A DNA stretch of 63,566 nt, filler included, from Reclinomonas americana ATCC 50394 (GCA_048213135.1; 19 parts of 19 records of this genome joined end to end with filler, not necessarily neighbours in it); one strand, 5' to 3'. Shown: positions 1 to 10,760, counted from the first letter of the whole stretch. Translations and numbers: made by a program. Notes: a model not told the origin generated them from the letters alone.

Positions 1-10
1 AGAGAGTAGT

Positions 11-13
11 GAG

Positions 14-74
<61 letters not shown>
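11..74. repeat. (GA)n microsatellite
   Basis: Directly visible; similar tracts at about 3090-3590, 5026-5560, 62411-62460 and the window end. Confidence 0.95.
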
Positions 75-75
<1 letters not shown>

Positions 76-504
76 AAGACTGGCGGAGAACGATGTCCTT
101 TGTGTTCTTGACAGATGCAGGAACTTGAAGAGTGCGTGAGTATGCATGTGTGCCCTTTGTGTCCTACTTGGCCATGCTTTACTGTAAATTGACAGAGATC
201 TGCGAGAGAATGCACGTGTCCCCTTGGTGTGCTCTTGTGAGTGATGGTGATTAGTGTATTTGCAAGCGGACGATTGATCTAAAATGTGAGCAGTGCGTCT
301 GTGTGCATGTGTGCTCTTGGTGTCCCTTCTTGTATGTCGTTGTGAGCGACGCCTCTTGCATGCGTGCGTGAAAGAAGCAAGAATATTTATTCATTGGTGC
401 CGTTCTGCGCATATCTGTCCCTTTCCCATTTCACTGCGTGCTTTGTGACGCTGACACCATTCCCCCCTCCCCCTTCCCCCCTCCCCCCCTTCCCCCCCCT
501 CAAG

Positions 505-845
505 GTTCTCGTTGATCCGCGACGAGGAGCACCGCGAGGAACTCTTCCAGCGAGTCATCGAGGAGCGCGTGCAGCGCGCCGCCAACGATCTCAAAGGACT
601 GCTGCGTGAGATCACAAACGAGGGCCAAATCACCAGCATGACGCAGACGTCGGGCCCGACACTGGACAAGGTGGTGGAGCTTCTCGCGGTGAGTTTGGCA
701 CGGGGATATGCTTTTTAGGGGACCGAAAGAGCTCATACATGTTCCACAGCGCGATTTCCGCTGGAAGGCGCTGGCCGAGGTGCCGGACTACCGCCAGCGC
801 GTTCTCACCGAGCACATTGTCGACGTGCAGAGGAGGCGCAAGTGA
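505..845 (+). CDS. 3' exons of an FF-domain protein (TCERG1/CA150-Prp40 family); exons 505-688 and 750-845
   Basis: Spliced product FSLIRDEEHREELFQRVIEERVQRAANDLKGLLRE...VVELLA/RDFRWKALAEVPDYRQRVLTEHIVDVQRRRK* resembles the last FF repeat of TCERG1 (AKADFRTLLKE...NDKRYLVLDCVPEERRKLIVAYVDDLDRR); intron 689-749 is GTGAGT...CAG; upstream micro-exons (115-285) are possible but unresolved. Confidence 0.7.
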
Positions 846-910
846 AGTGGTGGTGGAGGCGATGGAAAAAATGAATGGTACAAAAACACGGCGGGCAAAA
901 ATTTGATTTA

Positions 911-3685
911 CTACTTGTTCTCCTTGGTCTCCTGCGGCTTTGGCGGCGCCAGCGTCAACACCAGCGGCACGAACACCTTGCGTCGGAAGAGAGCCACCAA
1001 GAAATGCGCGTACACGGTGACAATGACCACATTGGAGATGCCCATGATGATGTAGGTGATGGCGGGTGACACCAGCGTGACGCCATCGTCGTTGGTGAAA
1101 TCGAAGCCTGCCAAACAAAGAAGGGATGTGAGATGCAAGCAAACAAAGCAAGGGAGAAAAAGAGGCACAATGACGCAAACCGGCGACAGAGAACACCGCC
1201 AGAGGGAAGCACCAGGAGAACCACGTGGCGTTGAAACCGTTGACGTAGGTGCGATACACGAACTTGCCGAGGCGAATGTTGAGGAGGAAGAAGAACAAGG
1301 AGCTGTAGTAGAGGATGCGACCCAAGAAGCCGCCATACTGGACCAACAGAAGGATAAGTGAGATGCACAAAGGAGAATACGTGCGCACACAAGGGAGGTC
1401 ACTCACATTGCCCAAACTGAACCACGCGGTGCAGAGGAGGGCCGGCGGGGCGATGAACACAAAGAGCGTGGGGAAGAACACCACAGGGAGCTGTCGCTTG
1501 CCGATGAAAACTGGAAGCGCGAAGGAGTGAGCAAAACAAGGAAAGGAGAGTGAGGGCGACGAGAGGCGCAACTGAACACGGCAAACGTGACGGCCATCAC
1601 AATCGGCCACAGCATGATACCGACGGAGAAGAAAAAGTGACCGAGCGTGAGTTGGCCGACCTTGGGGGCGAGGATGGCGACCGAGGCGGCGGCACCAGCT
1701 GCGTGTGAGGGGGAAGGGAAGTGAAAAGGGAGAAGGAGGTGATGGGAGCAGCAGAGCGAGAGAAGCGGAGCGCAGCAGCGAGAGAAGCGGAGCGCAGCAG
1801 CGAGAGAAGCGGAGCGCAGCAGCGAGAGAAGAGAGCAGAGAGCGAGGGAAAGGAGCACAGAGAGTGAGAGAAGTGGAGCGCAGCAGCGAGGGAAGGGAGC
1901 GCATCAGCGAGGGAAGCGGAGCGCAGCAGCGAGAGAAGCGGAGCGCAGCAGCGAGAGAAGCGGAGCGCAGCAGCGAGAGAAGCGGAGCGCAGCAGCGAGA
2001 GAAGAGAGCAGAGAGCGAGGGAAAGGAGCACAGAGAGTGAGAGAAGAGAGCGGAGAGCAAGAGAGAGGGATGGGAGCGCAGAGCGAGAGAAGGGAGCGCA
2101 GCAGTGAGAGAAGAGAGCGCAACAGCGAGAGAAGAGAGCACTGCAGCGAGAAAGAGAAAAGACGCCATCATCCTTCCCTCCTCTCTCCTCCCTCTCCTTC
2201 TCTTTCATTCTTTCCTTGCTTTCCCTCTTTCCCTCTTCCCCCTCCCTCCCGCCTTCCCCCTTTCCAACTCACATGGAATCAACATGGCCGGCGTCCACAA
2301 CTCCTTCCACGGCTTGGAGGTGTAGAGCCAGCGCCCGACCGTCAACAACAACCAAAATGCCACATTGACAAAGCCGGCCCAAAACAACACAATCGACAGC
2401 GTGTGCACATCGGCAGAGACGCCCACACCCAGCGAACAGCTCGTCATGCCCCACGTGAAGAACAAGCAGACGCGCGTGGGGTTGTGATAGTCCTCGAGGA
2501 AGAGCTTGCGGTAGGCGAGCATCTTCCACACGTAGAGGGCGGTGACAATGGCAAAGTGGGCGCCGGCGAATACGAGGAGCACGTAGGAGACGTAGCGCAT
2601 GCCGTCGATGCCGGTGAGGATGGAGACCTTGCGCCAGTTGCCGGCGAGGGAGGCCAGGCAGAGGCTCATGGCGAAGAGGAAGACGGGGGTGTAGGCCACC
2701 CAGGGGAGGCGAGGTGGAGGTGGGGAAGAGGGAGCTGGAGGCAGCGGGTTGGGGGCGGTGATGGTGGCGTTGGAGGGGGAGGAGACGAGGGAGTGCACGT
2801 CGTTGTGGGCGACGAGCGGGCCGGGGGAGAGAAGCGGGGTGTGGAGGGGGGTCTATGGAAAAGGGAAAGGAAAAGGGGAAGGGGTGAGAGTGTGGAAAAG
2901 AGGGGAGAGAGAGGGAAGGATAGAAGAGAAGTACTCCTCTCTCCTCTTTCTCTCTGCCTTGAAGTCTCGAGAAATGAAAGGGAGAGAGGGAAGAACAGTG
3001 AACAGAAAAGCTTTGTCTTCCTTCCTCTCTCTTCCTTGAGTCTCTTACAACGGGAAGTGTGAGTGGGTGAGGAAGGGAGCGAGAGCGTGAGTGAGAGACA
3101 GAGAGAGAGAGAGAAAGCAAGGAGAGGGAAGGCAAGAGAGAGAAGAGAGGAGAAACTCTCTTTTCTCTTTCTGTCTCTCCTCCTCTATCAGTATCGCGCA
3201 AGAGAAGAGTGAGAGAGACAGACAAGCAAGCAGGATGGCCAAGGAGAGAAGGAGTGAGAGAGAGAGAGAGGAAGAGTGGAAGGAGAAACGCTCTCATTGT
3301 CTCTCGTCTTTTCCTCTCTTTTCTTTCTCTCTCTCTCACACTTTCTCTCTCAGAGAGTTGCACAAAGGAGAGAGGCAGACAAGGAAGGAGAGAGTGAGAG
3401 AGTGTGAGAGTGAGAGAGAGGGAAAGAGAGACGAAGAAACTCTCTCATTGTCTCTCGTTCCACTCTTCCTTCCTCTCTCTTTCTCTCTTTCACTCTCTCT
3501 ATCTCTCTCTCTCTCTTTCTCTCTTTCTCTCTCTCTTTCTCTCTTCTCTCTCAGAGTGTTGCACAAGGAAAGAGAGTGAGAGTGAGAGTGCCAACTGCAA
3601 TAATATGAGGGATTTTTTCTAAGTAACTAACCATTTCCCTTCCTGCTGTGCCTCCGTCACGAATGGCGACATATGCAGTGCTCAT
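911..3685 (-). CDS. SLAC1/TehA/Mae1 (TDT family) anion channel, 6 exons: 3685-3632, 2852-2273, 1698-1573, 1510-1407, 1337-1181, 1107-911 (about 405 aa)
   Basis: Exons join in frame (1218 nt) with GT-AG introns; multiple TM helices; family-like motifs EDYHNPTRVCLF, PTLFVFIAPPA and FNATWFSWCFPLA; the first exon is inferred from phase compatibility. Confidence 0.8.
1749..2150. repeat. Intronic 22-bp minisatellite (CGAGAGAAGCGGAGCGCAGCAG) with a larger internal duplication
   Basis: Tandem copies with no unique spacers, inside the 1699-2272 intron; a ~50-bp block is duplicated at about 1823 and 1996. Confidence 0.9.
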
Positions 3686-4948
3686 TGTTGTCTTGTTTGT
3701 GTGTGAGAGTGTGTGTTCTCTCTCACAGAGACAACAACAATCAGTGAAGGGAGAGAGAGACTGCAAAGAAAATGCCGCGCGGAATAATTCCATTTTGTCG
3801 TGTTCGAATTATCGGAAGCTCGGAGGTGAGACTGGGAGGTGGCAGCTGGCTTTCTGTGCGGGTGGAAGGATGTAGTGTAGGTTCTATACGATGAGAGGTG
3901 CAGATGAAGTTCAGATATTTCGATATCGATTTCATGAGAAACAGGAGTAGGAATTCGAACGTTAACTGCAGGCTTGGTACTGTACACAAGGGTTTCTGGA
4001 GGTCCTGCACGTGGTAACATGTGCAGCGATTGCCTCTTCAACTGCATAACGTCGGTGAAGAGATAGATCGCAGATCTCGCGATATCGATCGAAGGAGTCG
4101 AAGTATTCGAAGCAGAGCGAACACTGAAACAAAAACCCTGCTGCTGCTGCTTCAAGACTGGTGTTTTCTGGATATGGTTGGTCTTGGTCATCAAGACAGC
4201 TGTTTGCTTGTTTGTCGGAGAATGAATTGTTGTTGTTGTTCCTGTCGAGGCAACAAAATCGAATTTGTCAAAACCGGCAGAGCTTTGGAATATCGATCCA
4301 ACTGAAGCCGAGTGCGGCAGAGCTGAGGCGATTCGGGCGAGGGTGCAACATCGTTTGTTATATTTCTTCCTTCGTCGTGGTGCTGCTTCGCAGAGGTGTC
4401 GCCGCAAAAAAAGGTCGATCGTTTCGATTTCACGAATTTGGAAAGTCGAATTCTCTGAGTGGCTGAACGCTCTTTGAGGTTCTGCACAACGACAGCTCCA
4501 TTGTCCTCTCTCTACGTAGATTACGAGACCGCGTTGAAGGCGAAATCAGCAAAGTTCCTGATAAATTCTGTGGCCGGATCTGCAACGGATTTGGATCCAG
4601 ATATCGGAGAGTACTTCGAACTCAAAGCCAGGTCCAAGTGCACGACAAGGCAGCGCCAAATTCCCCACTGCCACCTCTGCGTAAAATACAAGAGTCGAAG
4701 GCGAAAGCAGCAGACTTCCTCACAAGGCTGCGGATCGATATCCAAATATCGGAAATTCAAACTCCATGGCCCTGCCCTCAAATGCACAACAAAAAAAGCA
4801 GCTTTCATCAACGTGGATCTCCCATTGTTCACTGTTCGTCAAACAAACACAAAACGTAAAACCTTGCGCGGAAAATTGGGCGGGGAAATTCGCGCTTGTA
4901 TTTGCACAACTTTTTCTTTCTTTGTTTGTGAGAGAGTGCGCGCACGAG

Positions 4949-5071
4949 ATGAGCGACAAGGCAGCGTTGAAGGTGAAAGCAGCGGAGTTGACCGCTGTCA
5001 AGACCGGCTTCCTCACGAAGGAAGGTGTGTGTGTGTGTGAGAGGGAAAAAGAAAAAGGAGTGAGCGCATCT

Positions 5072-5107
<36 letters not shown>

Positions 5108-5511
5108 TGTGTGTGTGTGTGAGAGAGAGAGAAAGATGCGTGTGTTTGTGTGTATGTGTGTTTGTGTGAGAGTTTGAGAAAATTGTACTTTTGCGCACTT
5201 GTGGATAATGACGCACTCTCTCTCTCTCTCACGCACTCTCTCTCACACACACAGAGAGAGACACACTCACGCACAGACACGCACACAAGAGAGACACTTT
5301 GAGTGCGCGCACATTTACATTACAAATTCTCGCACTTCTCCGCTCTCTACGCGCACACACTCTTCTCTCTCTCTCTGTGCGCGCGCGTGTGTCAATGAGA
5401 GAGTGTGTGTTGAGTGTGAGAGAGAGAGAGCAAGTGAATTTGAGAATGTGGGAATCTCATGCATTGTGCTTGTTGTTTTTCAGGTGGTGTCTTCAAGACG
5501 TGGAAGAAGCG
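4949..5511 (+). CDS. 5' exons of a PH-domain protein (exons 4949-5024 and 5484-5511; partial)
   Basis: Spliced MSDKAALKVKAAELTAVKTGFLTKEG/GVFKTWKKR matches the PH beta1-beta2 signature (KxGxLxKxGGxxKxWKKR); GT...CAG intron and a GTGAGT donor after exon 2. Confidence 0.8.
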
Positions 5512-5519
5512 GTGAGTAT

Positions 5520-5551
<32 letters not shown>

Positions 5552-5568
5552 CTGTGTGTGTGGGATTT

Positions 5569-5668
5569 NNNNNNNNNNNNNNNNNNNNNNNNNNNNNNNN
5601 NNNNNNNNNNNNTTAATTAATTAANNNNNNNNNNNNNNNNNNNNNNNNNNNNNNNNNNNNNNNNNNNN
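5569..5668. other. Artificial contig spacer N44-TTAATTAATTAA-N44 (first of 18)
   Basis: The same 100-nt spacer starts at 9048, 12707, 15674, 17543, 18928, 20164, 21645, 25102, 28307, 29706, 35822, 37888, 44194, 46861, 49945, 61004 and 62311; it places stops in all six frames. Confidence 0.99.
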
Positions 5669-7171
5669 AGACCTCGGGCAGTTCGCCGGCCTTGAGGAAG
5701 CCGGTCCATTCATAGCGCCATCGCCGGGCACCGGCATCAGGCCGTCATGGTTCGGGCGCTGCGGTGCGCGCCCGCCGACGATCCAGCCGATATTGCCCTT
5801 GTTGTCGGCATAGACCTGGTTCTCGGACGGCGCGCCCCATTCAGCCATCGCCTTCTTGAAGCCGGCCCAGTCCTTCCCCGTCATGTATTCGGCCGAGTTG
5901 AAATAGGCCGAGGTTCCCGGCTCGAACCAGACCGTGCGGATGGCGAAGGCGCGCTTCTCCTCGGGCTCAGCCTTCATGACCGGGCCGTGGCGGGTGAATT
6001 TGAGCTCGATCTGGCGCGGTGCCTCGCCCTTGACCTCGATCGTCTCGCTGACGGTCTTCATCTCCTCCCAGCCGCTGCCATAGCGATACTGGTTCGGATT
6101 GGCGGGGTTGGTCTCGTAGACGTAGAGGTCCTCCTGATCGATCGCGAAGATCGTCAGGCCGAAGGCGATCTCGCCATTATGGCCGATCGAGATGCCGGGC
6201 AGGGCCGGCTCGCCGGCACCGATCACCGAGAGGCCGGGTGCGTTGAGGTGCACGACATAGCGCAACGACGGCACGCCATGAGCGCGATGCGGGTCGTTGG
6301 CTAGGATCGGCCGGCCGGTCGCGGTGCGGCTCGCGGCGATCGTCCAGTTGTTCGAGCCGATGGTCGAAACGCTGTCGCCCGCTGCGGCGAAGATTGCGTC
6401 GCGGTCGAGCGCCGCGCGCTTCTCGCCGGGAGCGGCGAAGGTCACGTCGCGCGTCGCGAGATTGTAGTCGTCGAGGATGTCCGGCTTGATCACGCAGGGG
6501 TCGAGTCCCTCTGGGACCTTGGTCGCCACGCTCGGCTCCAGCACGCGCCGGAAGCGATCGGCCTCGATGCCGGCGGCGCAGGCGACGCGGGCCCGCACCA
6601 CCTCGGACATCACGTTGCGGGTCAGGCCATGGCTGCGGATGCGTACGACATCCTCGGCGCTCCAGCGATCAGGCAGGGTGCCGGAGACGCGAAAATCGAG
6701 CGGCAATGGTTGCTTGCCAGCCCGGACCTCGTCGACACGGGCGTTGATGCCGGCGACGAAGGCGTCGGTATAGGCCTTCGCGTCGGGGCCGTAGGCGGCC
6801 CATTCCTTGTCCATCTCGCCACGATAGATGAAGAGCCGGGCGGCGCGATCCTGCGCGACATAGGACGGCCCGAAATCCTTGGCCAGCAGCCCGAGCCCGC
6901 GCTTGCGCCAGAGATCGATCTGCCAGAGCCGATCGCGCGCCGCGTTGTAGCCTTGCAGGAACAGGGCGTCGCGAGACGAGGCGGCGTAGATATGGGCGAC
7001 GCCCCATTGATCGAGGATGAGTTCCGCCGGCCCCTGCAGGCCGGCGACGGTCTGCTCGGAACGCTTCACCGCGCTGGACAGCTCGGCCTTGGCGGGCAGG
7101 CTACCGGCGATCGTGAGGGCGGCAATGGCAAACAGCGACGCTGCGCTGTATGCGCGATCTGCTCTGCTCAT
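5669..7171 (-). CDS. Penicillin acylase / AHL-acylase family Ntn-hydrolase (peptidase S45), 3' partial
   Basis: Signal peptide, DQWGVAHIYA, QGYNAARDRLWQ and the beta-chain nucleophile motif GSNNWTIAASRTATGRPILANDPH; GGAGG RBS before ATG 7171; an apparent 1-nt frameshift near 5715. Confidence 0.93.
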
Positions 7172-7318
7172 GGTGTTCCTCCGTGCGGTCCGTCTTTGGC
7201 GACGGGCCTTGCCGGAGGAGCTTAGGAGTAGACGGAAGAGCGGCCACCGCACATGACCACATGGCAGCCTTGCCGCCCTGGCATGTGGCGCGGATCGTTT
7301 CTTGCGCCGGAGGCCAAA

Positions 7319-7777
7319 CTACAGCGGCGGCAGGCCAACGCGCTTCTTGATCGTCGCCAGGGCGAAATTGGATTCGACGGACTGGACGCATTTCAATCGC
7401 GTCATCTTCTGCTTCAGGAAGCGCTCATAGCCCTCGATGCCATCCGTCAGCACGCGCAGCAGGTAGTCCTGCGAGCCGGTCATCAGATAGCATTCCGCCA
7501 CCTCCGGCCAGGTCTCGACCGCCTTCTCAAACTCGGCAATCTGCTCCGTGTTCTGCTGGCTGAGCCGGACCGAGACGAAGACGCTGAAGGGCAGGCCATA
7601 GGCCTTGGGGTCGACAATCGCCGAATAGCCCCTGATCACGCCGGTCTCCTCCAGCCGCTTCAGCCGGCGCAGGCACGGCGTCGGCGACAGGCCGACCTTC
7701 TCCGACAGCTCCTGATTGGTGATGCGGCCATCATCTTGCAGCACTGTCAGCATGCGACGGTCGATCGTATCGAGCAT
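7319..7777 (-). CDS. Lrp/AsnC family transcriptional regulator
   Basis: LDTIDRRMLTVLQDDGRITNQELSEKVGLSPTPCLRRLKRLEETGVIRGY HTH plus AsnC C-terminal domain; divergent from the PLP lyase gene. Confidence 0.96.
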   Translation of the reverse strand: MLDTIDRRMLTVLQDDGRITNQELSEKVGLSPTPCLRRLKRLEETGVIRGYSAIVDPKAYGLPFSVFVSVRLSQQNTEQIAEFEKAVETWPEVAECYLMTGSQDYLLRVLTDGIEGYERFLKQKMTRLKCVQSVESNFALATIKKRVGLPPL

Positions 7778-7914
7778 GATCTGCTTCTCCGGGCTGATCT
7801 TCGAGCAGGAAGCTGCAAAATCTTGCTCTAGAGCACGGGTGATCGTTCATGCAATCGCCTTAGGATCGGCCTAGGCTCGCGTCGCGGCCGCTCGGGCCGG
7901 CGAGGAGGGGAGTC

Positions 7915-9047
7915 ATGAGCGACGACAACTACCACAAGGACCGGATCGCCAATCGCCGGCTCCATCCCGAGACCCTGATGATGGGCTATGGCTATTCGCC
8001 GGCCATGTCGGAAGGCGCGCTCAAGCCGCCGGTCTTCCTGACCTCGACCTTCGTCTTCGAGAACGCCCAGCAGGGCAAGGACTTCTTCGACCTGACCTCC
8101 GGCCGCCGGCAGCTCAAGCCGGGCGAGAAGTCCGGCCTGGTCTATTCGCGCTTCAACCATCCCAATATGGAAATCCTCGAGGATCGCCTGGCGATCTGGG
8201 ACGAGGCCGAGGCCTGCGCCGTCTTCGCCAGCGGCATGGCGGCGATCGCGACGACCTGCTTCGCCTTCCTGCGCCCGGGCGACACGATTCTCCATAGCCG
8301 CCCGCTCTATGGCGGCACCGAGACGCTGCTGAAGAACCAGATGGGCGCCTTCGGCGTCACCCCCTTCGGCTTCACGGACGGCGTCGACGTCGCGCAGATG
8401 CGCAAGGTCGCTCAGGATGCCGCCGCCAAGGGGCGCGTCGCGATGATCCTGGTCGAAACCCCCGCCAATCCGACCAACGGCCTCGTCGACCTCGCCGCCT
8501 GCAAGGCGATCGCCGACGAGCTGGAGAAGAGCCAGGGCCATCGCCCGCCGGTCGTGGTCGACAACACCATGCTCGGGCCGATCTTCCAGAAGCCGTTGAA
8601 GCACGGCGCCGATCTCACCTTGCTGTCGCTGACCAAATATGTCGGCGGCCACAGCGATCTCGTCGGCGGCTCGATCAGCGGCTCGAAGGCGCTGGTGCGG
8701 CAGGTGAAGGGCTGGCGCGGCTCGCTCGGCACGCAGCTCGATCCGAACTCCTGCTGGATGCTGATGCGCTCGCTCGAGACCCTCGACATCCGCATGCACC
8801 GCGCCAATGAGAACGGCCGCAAGGTCGCAGACTATCTGCGCAAGCACCCGAAGATCGCCAAGGTCCATTATCTCGGCGACCTCGCCGAGGGCGACCCGCG
8901 CAAGGCCGTGTTCGACCGGCAATGCGTCGAGCCCGGCTCGACCTTCGCCTTCGACGTCAAGGGCGGCGAGAAGGAAGCCTTCGCCGTGCTCGACAACCTC
9001 CAGATCATGAAGCTCGCGGTCAGCCTCGGCGGCACCGAGACGCTGGT
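7915..9047 (+). CDS. Cys/Met metabolism PLP enzyme (methionine gamma-lyase / cystathionine gamma-synthase family), 3' partial
   Basis: YSRFNHPN, FASGMAAI, ETPANPT, VDNT, SLTKYVGGHSD (PLP lysine) and AVSLGGTETL. Confidence 0.93.
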
Positions 9048-9147
9048 NNNNNNNNNNNNNNNNNNNNNNNNNNNNNNNNNNNNNNNNNNNNTTAATTAAT
9101 TAANNNNNNNNNNNNNNNNNNNNNNNNNNNNNNNNNNNNNNNNNNNN

Positions 9148-9392
9148 AGATCTTCGAGATCTGGACCTGGAGCCAGCTCGGTATCCACGGCAAGCCGCTC
9201 GGCTTTCTCAACATCGACGGCTTCTACGATGCGCTCGCCGCCTTTCTCGACAACACGACGAAGGCCGGTTTCATGTGGCAGGCCCATCGCGACATGGCGA
9301 TGATGGAGACCGATCCGGCCGCCCTGCTCGACAAGATGGAGGCCTACAAGCCGCAGACCCAGATTAAATGGGTGGAGAAGACGGAGGTTTGA
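9148..9392 (+). CDS. LOG family nucleotide monophosphate phosphoribohydrolase, C-terminal part
   Basis: Read manually: IFEIWTWSQLGIHGKPLGFLNIDGFYDALAAFLD...IKWVEKTEV*, the typical LOG (TIGR00730-like) C-terminus. Confidence 0.88.
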
Positions 9393-9406
9393 CTCCTCTC
9401 CGCGTG

Positions 9407-9450
9407 ATAGGAATTTTATCCTTGACACCGTGACGCTGATCGGGTAGAGA
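9407..9450 (+). promoter_or_regulatory. Sigma70-like promoter (TTGACA-N17-TAGAGA) with an upstream AT-rich element
   Basis: TTGACA at 9422-9427, 17-nt spacer, TAGAGA at 9445-9450; it points into the Mu-like prophage end, so its original target gene is displaced. Confidence 0.6.
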
Positions 9451-9502
9451 TCAGGAACGCTCACGAAGTGTGCCTGAGACGAACGAAGCCGCCGCTGTGA
9501 AA

Positions 9503-9657
9503 CGAACAATCACATGGCACTAGCGGGTGTTAGGCGGGATTAAGTGGGATTAGGCGGGATCAGCTGGAAAGGCGCGGCCGCCCAAGGGCTTAGGTGCGCT
9601 GCGGGCGGCCCGAAAGCCAGAAATCCCGAAAGCCAGAGCGAACAATCAAATGGCACT
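9503..9657 (+). repeat. Putative transposase-binding repeats CGAACAATCA(C/A)ATGGCACT at 9503-9521 and 9639-9657, plus tandem ~10-bp TTAGGCGGGA-like repeats at about 9530-9560
   Basis: 19-bp direct repeat with 1 mismatch starting 7 nt inside the terminal TG, like Mu L1/L2 sites. Confidence 0.75.
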
Positions 9658-9861
9658 GGCAGGCGGCCGCAACGCCACGAAGGCGGCCAAAGGTGCCCAA
9701 AAGGCCGGATCTCGGCGCCCGAACTGTTACGTTTTGGCCCCAACCGCGCCGGCAGCGTAACAGTTCCTAAAAGTGACCCGAAATCAAGGCGATGGCGCAA
9801 AATCGGCCGCCAGCGCCCGCCGCGTTAACTGTTACGGCAATCGGCCGCCTCAAACGCCCTT

Positions 9862-10116
9862 CTAGCGCGGCCCATATAGCGGGCCACCGGGAAACTTCAC
9901 CGGCTCAGGGATGCCGACATCCTCCTGCGCCGGGCGGCTGCCGCATTTCTGGCAGACCAAGCGCTTGTGGAGCTCGTCGAGGCGGTCACCATTGAGAACG
10001 CCGCGTAGCAGCCGCCAGGGAACAAGATGCGTGACCCTGCAGGTCGAGCATCTGACCTCAAGTCGCTCGTGCCCGTCGGCCATTGCGTCGTGAACCGTCA
10101 CATAACCAGCCAACAT
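9862..10116 (-). CDS. Small zinc-ribbon protein (CxxC...CxxC)
   Basis: LEVRCSTCRVTH...RLVCQKCGSRP; start codon uncertain (10116 or 10083). Confidence 0.6.
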   Translation of the reverse strand: MLAGYVTVHDAMADGHERLEVRCSTCRVTHLVPWRLLRGVLNGDRLDELHKRLVCQKCGSRPAQEDVGIPEPVKFPGGPLYGPR

Positions 10117-10280
10117 TTCGCGAGCAGCCCGACAAGAACCCGGAAAGGCCGGAAATCGCGAGCCGGAGCGGGCAGCGGACACGGCAAAGACGTGCCTCGC
10201 CGTTTCAATCGCGCCCACCGTGCTCGAGAATGTCCAGCCGTTATCCATGAATTCCACAGCTGACAGAAACTGTCAAAAAT

Positions 10281-10295
10281 GTTCTTGTTCTGTTC
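10281..10295. promoter_or_regulatory. Alphaproteobacterial LexA (SOS) box GTTC-N7-GTTC
   Basis: GTTCTTGTTCTGTTC is an exact consensus match, located between two divergent small ORFs; an adjacent palindrome TGACAG-AAA-CTGTCA lies at 10261-10275. Confidence 0.8.
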
Positions 10296-10358
10296 TCATT
10301 TGCACGCTTTGATTGAGGGAGCCTGGGCGGCAGAGACCTGGGCGACAAGGAGAGCGTC

Positions 10359-10694
10359 ATGAGTTCCAGGAAGAAGCAGGAAACCGTCGCAAGGCTGACA
10401 TACTACGTCGTGCAGTCCTATCGCGCCGCTGGCCGGAATGGCATCTCAGCCGACGATCCGATGCCTGCCACCGATCGTGACCACGCTAACCGTCTCTTCG
10501 AACGCTACAAGCCGATCCGCGCCGGCGTCGTCGCCTTCTATCGCACTGGCAGCCCGGACACCGGCGACTGGGACGACGCAATTATCATCGCCAGGCACGG
10601 CCGGTTGCCCGCCGATGTGGACGGCCTCAGAGATGATTCCGAAGCCGATTTCGACCGCCTCGATCTAGGTGAGAGCGATTTGAAGGTGGCTTGA
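10359..10694 (+). CDS. Hypothetical protein, likely SOS-regulated
   Basis: AAGGAGAG RBS; TYYVVQSY...GVVAFYRTGSPDTGDWDDAIIIARHG; lies downstream of the SOS box. Confidence 0.75.
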   Translation: MSSRKKQETVARLTYYVVQSYRAAGRNGISADDPMPATDRDHANRLFERYKPIRAGVVAFYRTGSPDTGDWDDAIIIARHGRLPADVDGLRDDSEADFDRLDLGESDLKVA

Positions 10695-10701
10695 AACTGG
10701 A

Positions 10702-10721
10702 GGGCGGCCGAATGGCCGCCC
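10702..10721. terminator. Hairpin terminator between convergent genes
   Basis: GGGCGGCC-GAAT-GGCCGCCC. Confidence 0.6.
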
Positions 10722-10760
10722 CCTACTACGCTTGGCTAAGGAGCGGGTGATAGCTCGTCC

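Larger units (their letters stand above)
1..5568. other. Eukaryotic (protist-like) contig
   Basis: (GA)n and (CA/TG)n microsatellites, short GT-AG introns and spliced eukaryotic genes; composition differs sharply from the high-GC bacterial contigs. Confidence 0.95.

Noticed and set aside
1749..2150. 22-bp repeats as a CRISPR array
   Set aside because: The units are directly tandem with no unique spacers, lie inside a eukaryotic intron, and no cas genes are present.
630..3579. Long low-complexity ORFs (513, 364 and 341 aa) in the eukaryotic contig
   Set aside because: They arise from microsatellite/minisatellite introns and partial read-through of the spliced SLAC1-family exons.
5613..5624. 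Repeated TTAATTAATTAA as a biological motif (e.g. CtrA or PacI sites)
   Set aside because: It is always centred in N44 padding; it is a six-frame-stop contig spacer.
5569..5668. Horizontal transfer or prophage integration into the eukaryotic genome
   Set aside because: No contiguous sequence joins eukaryotic and bacterial DNA; the only junctions are artificial spacers.
5669..5730. Penicillin acylase as a frameshifted pseudogene
   Set aside because: Adding one base restores GDGRYEWTGFL; this is most likely a low-coverage pyrosequencing error near the contig end.
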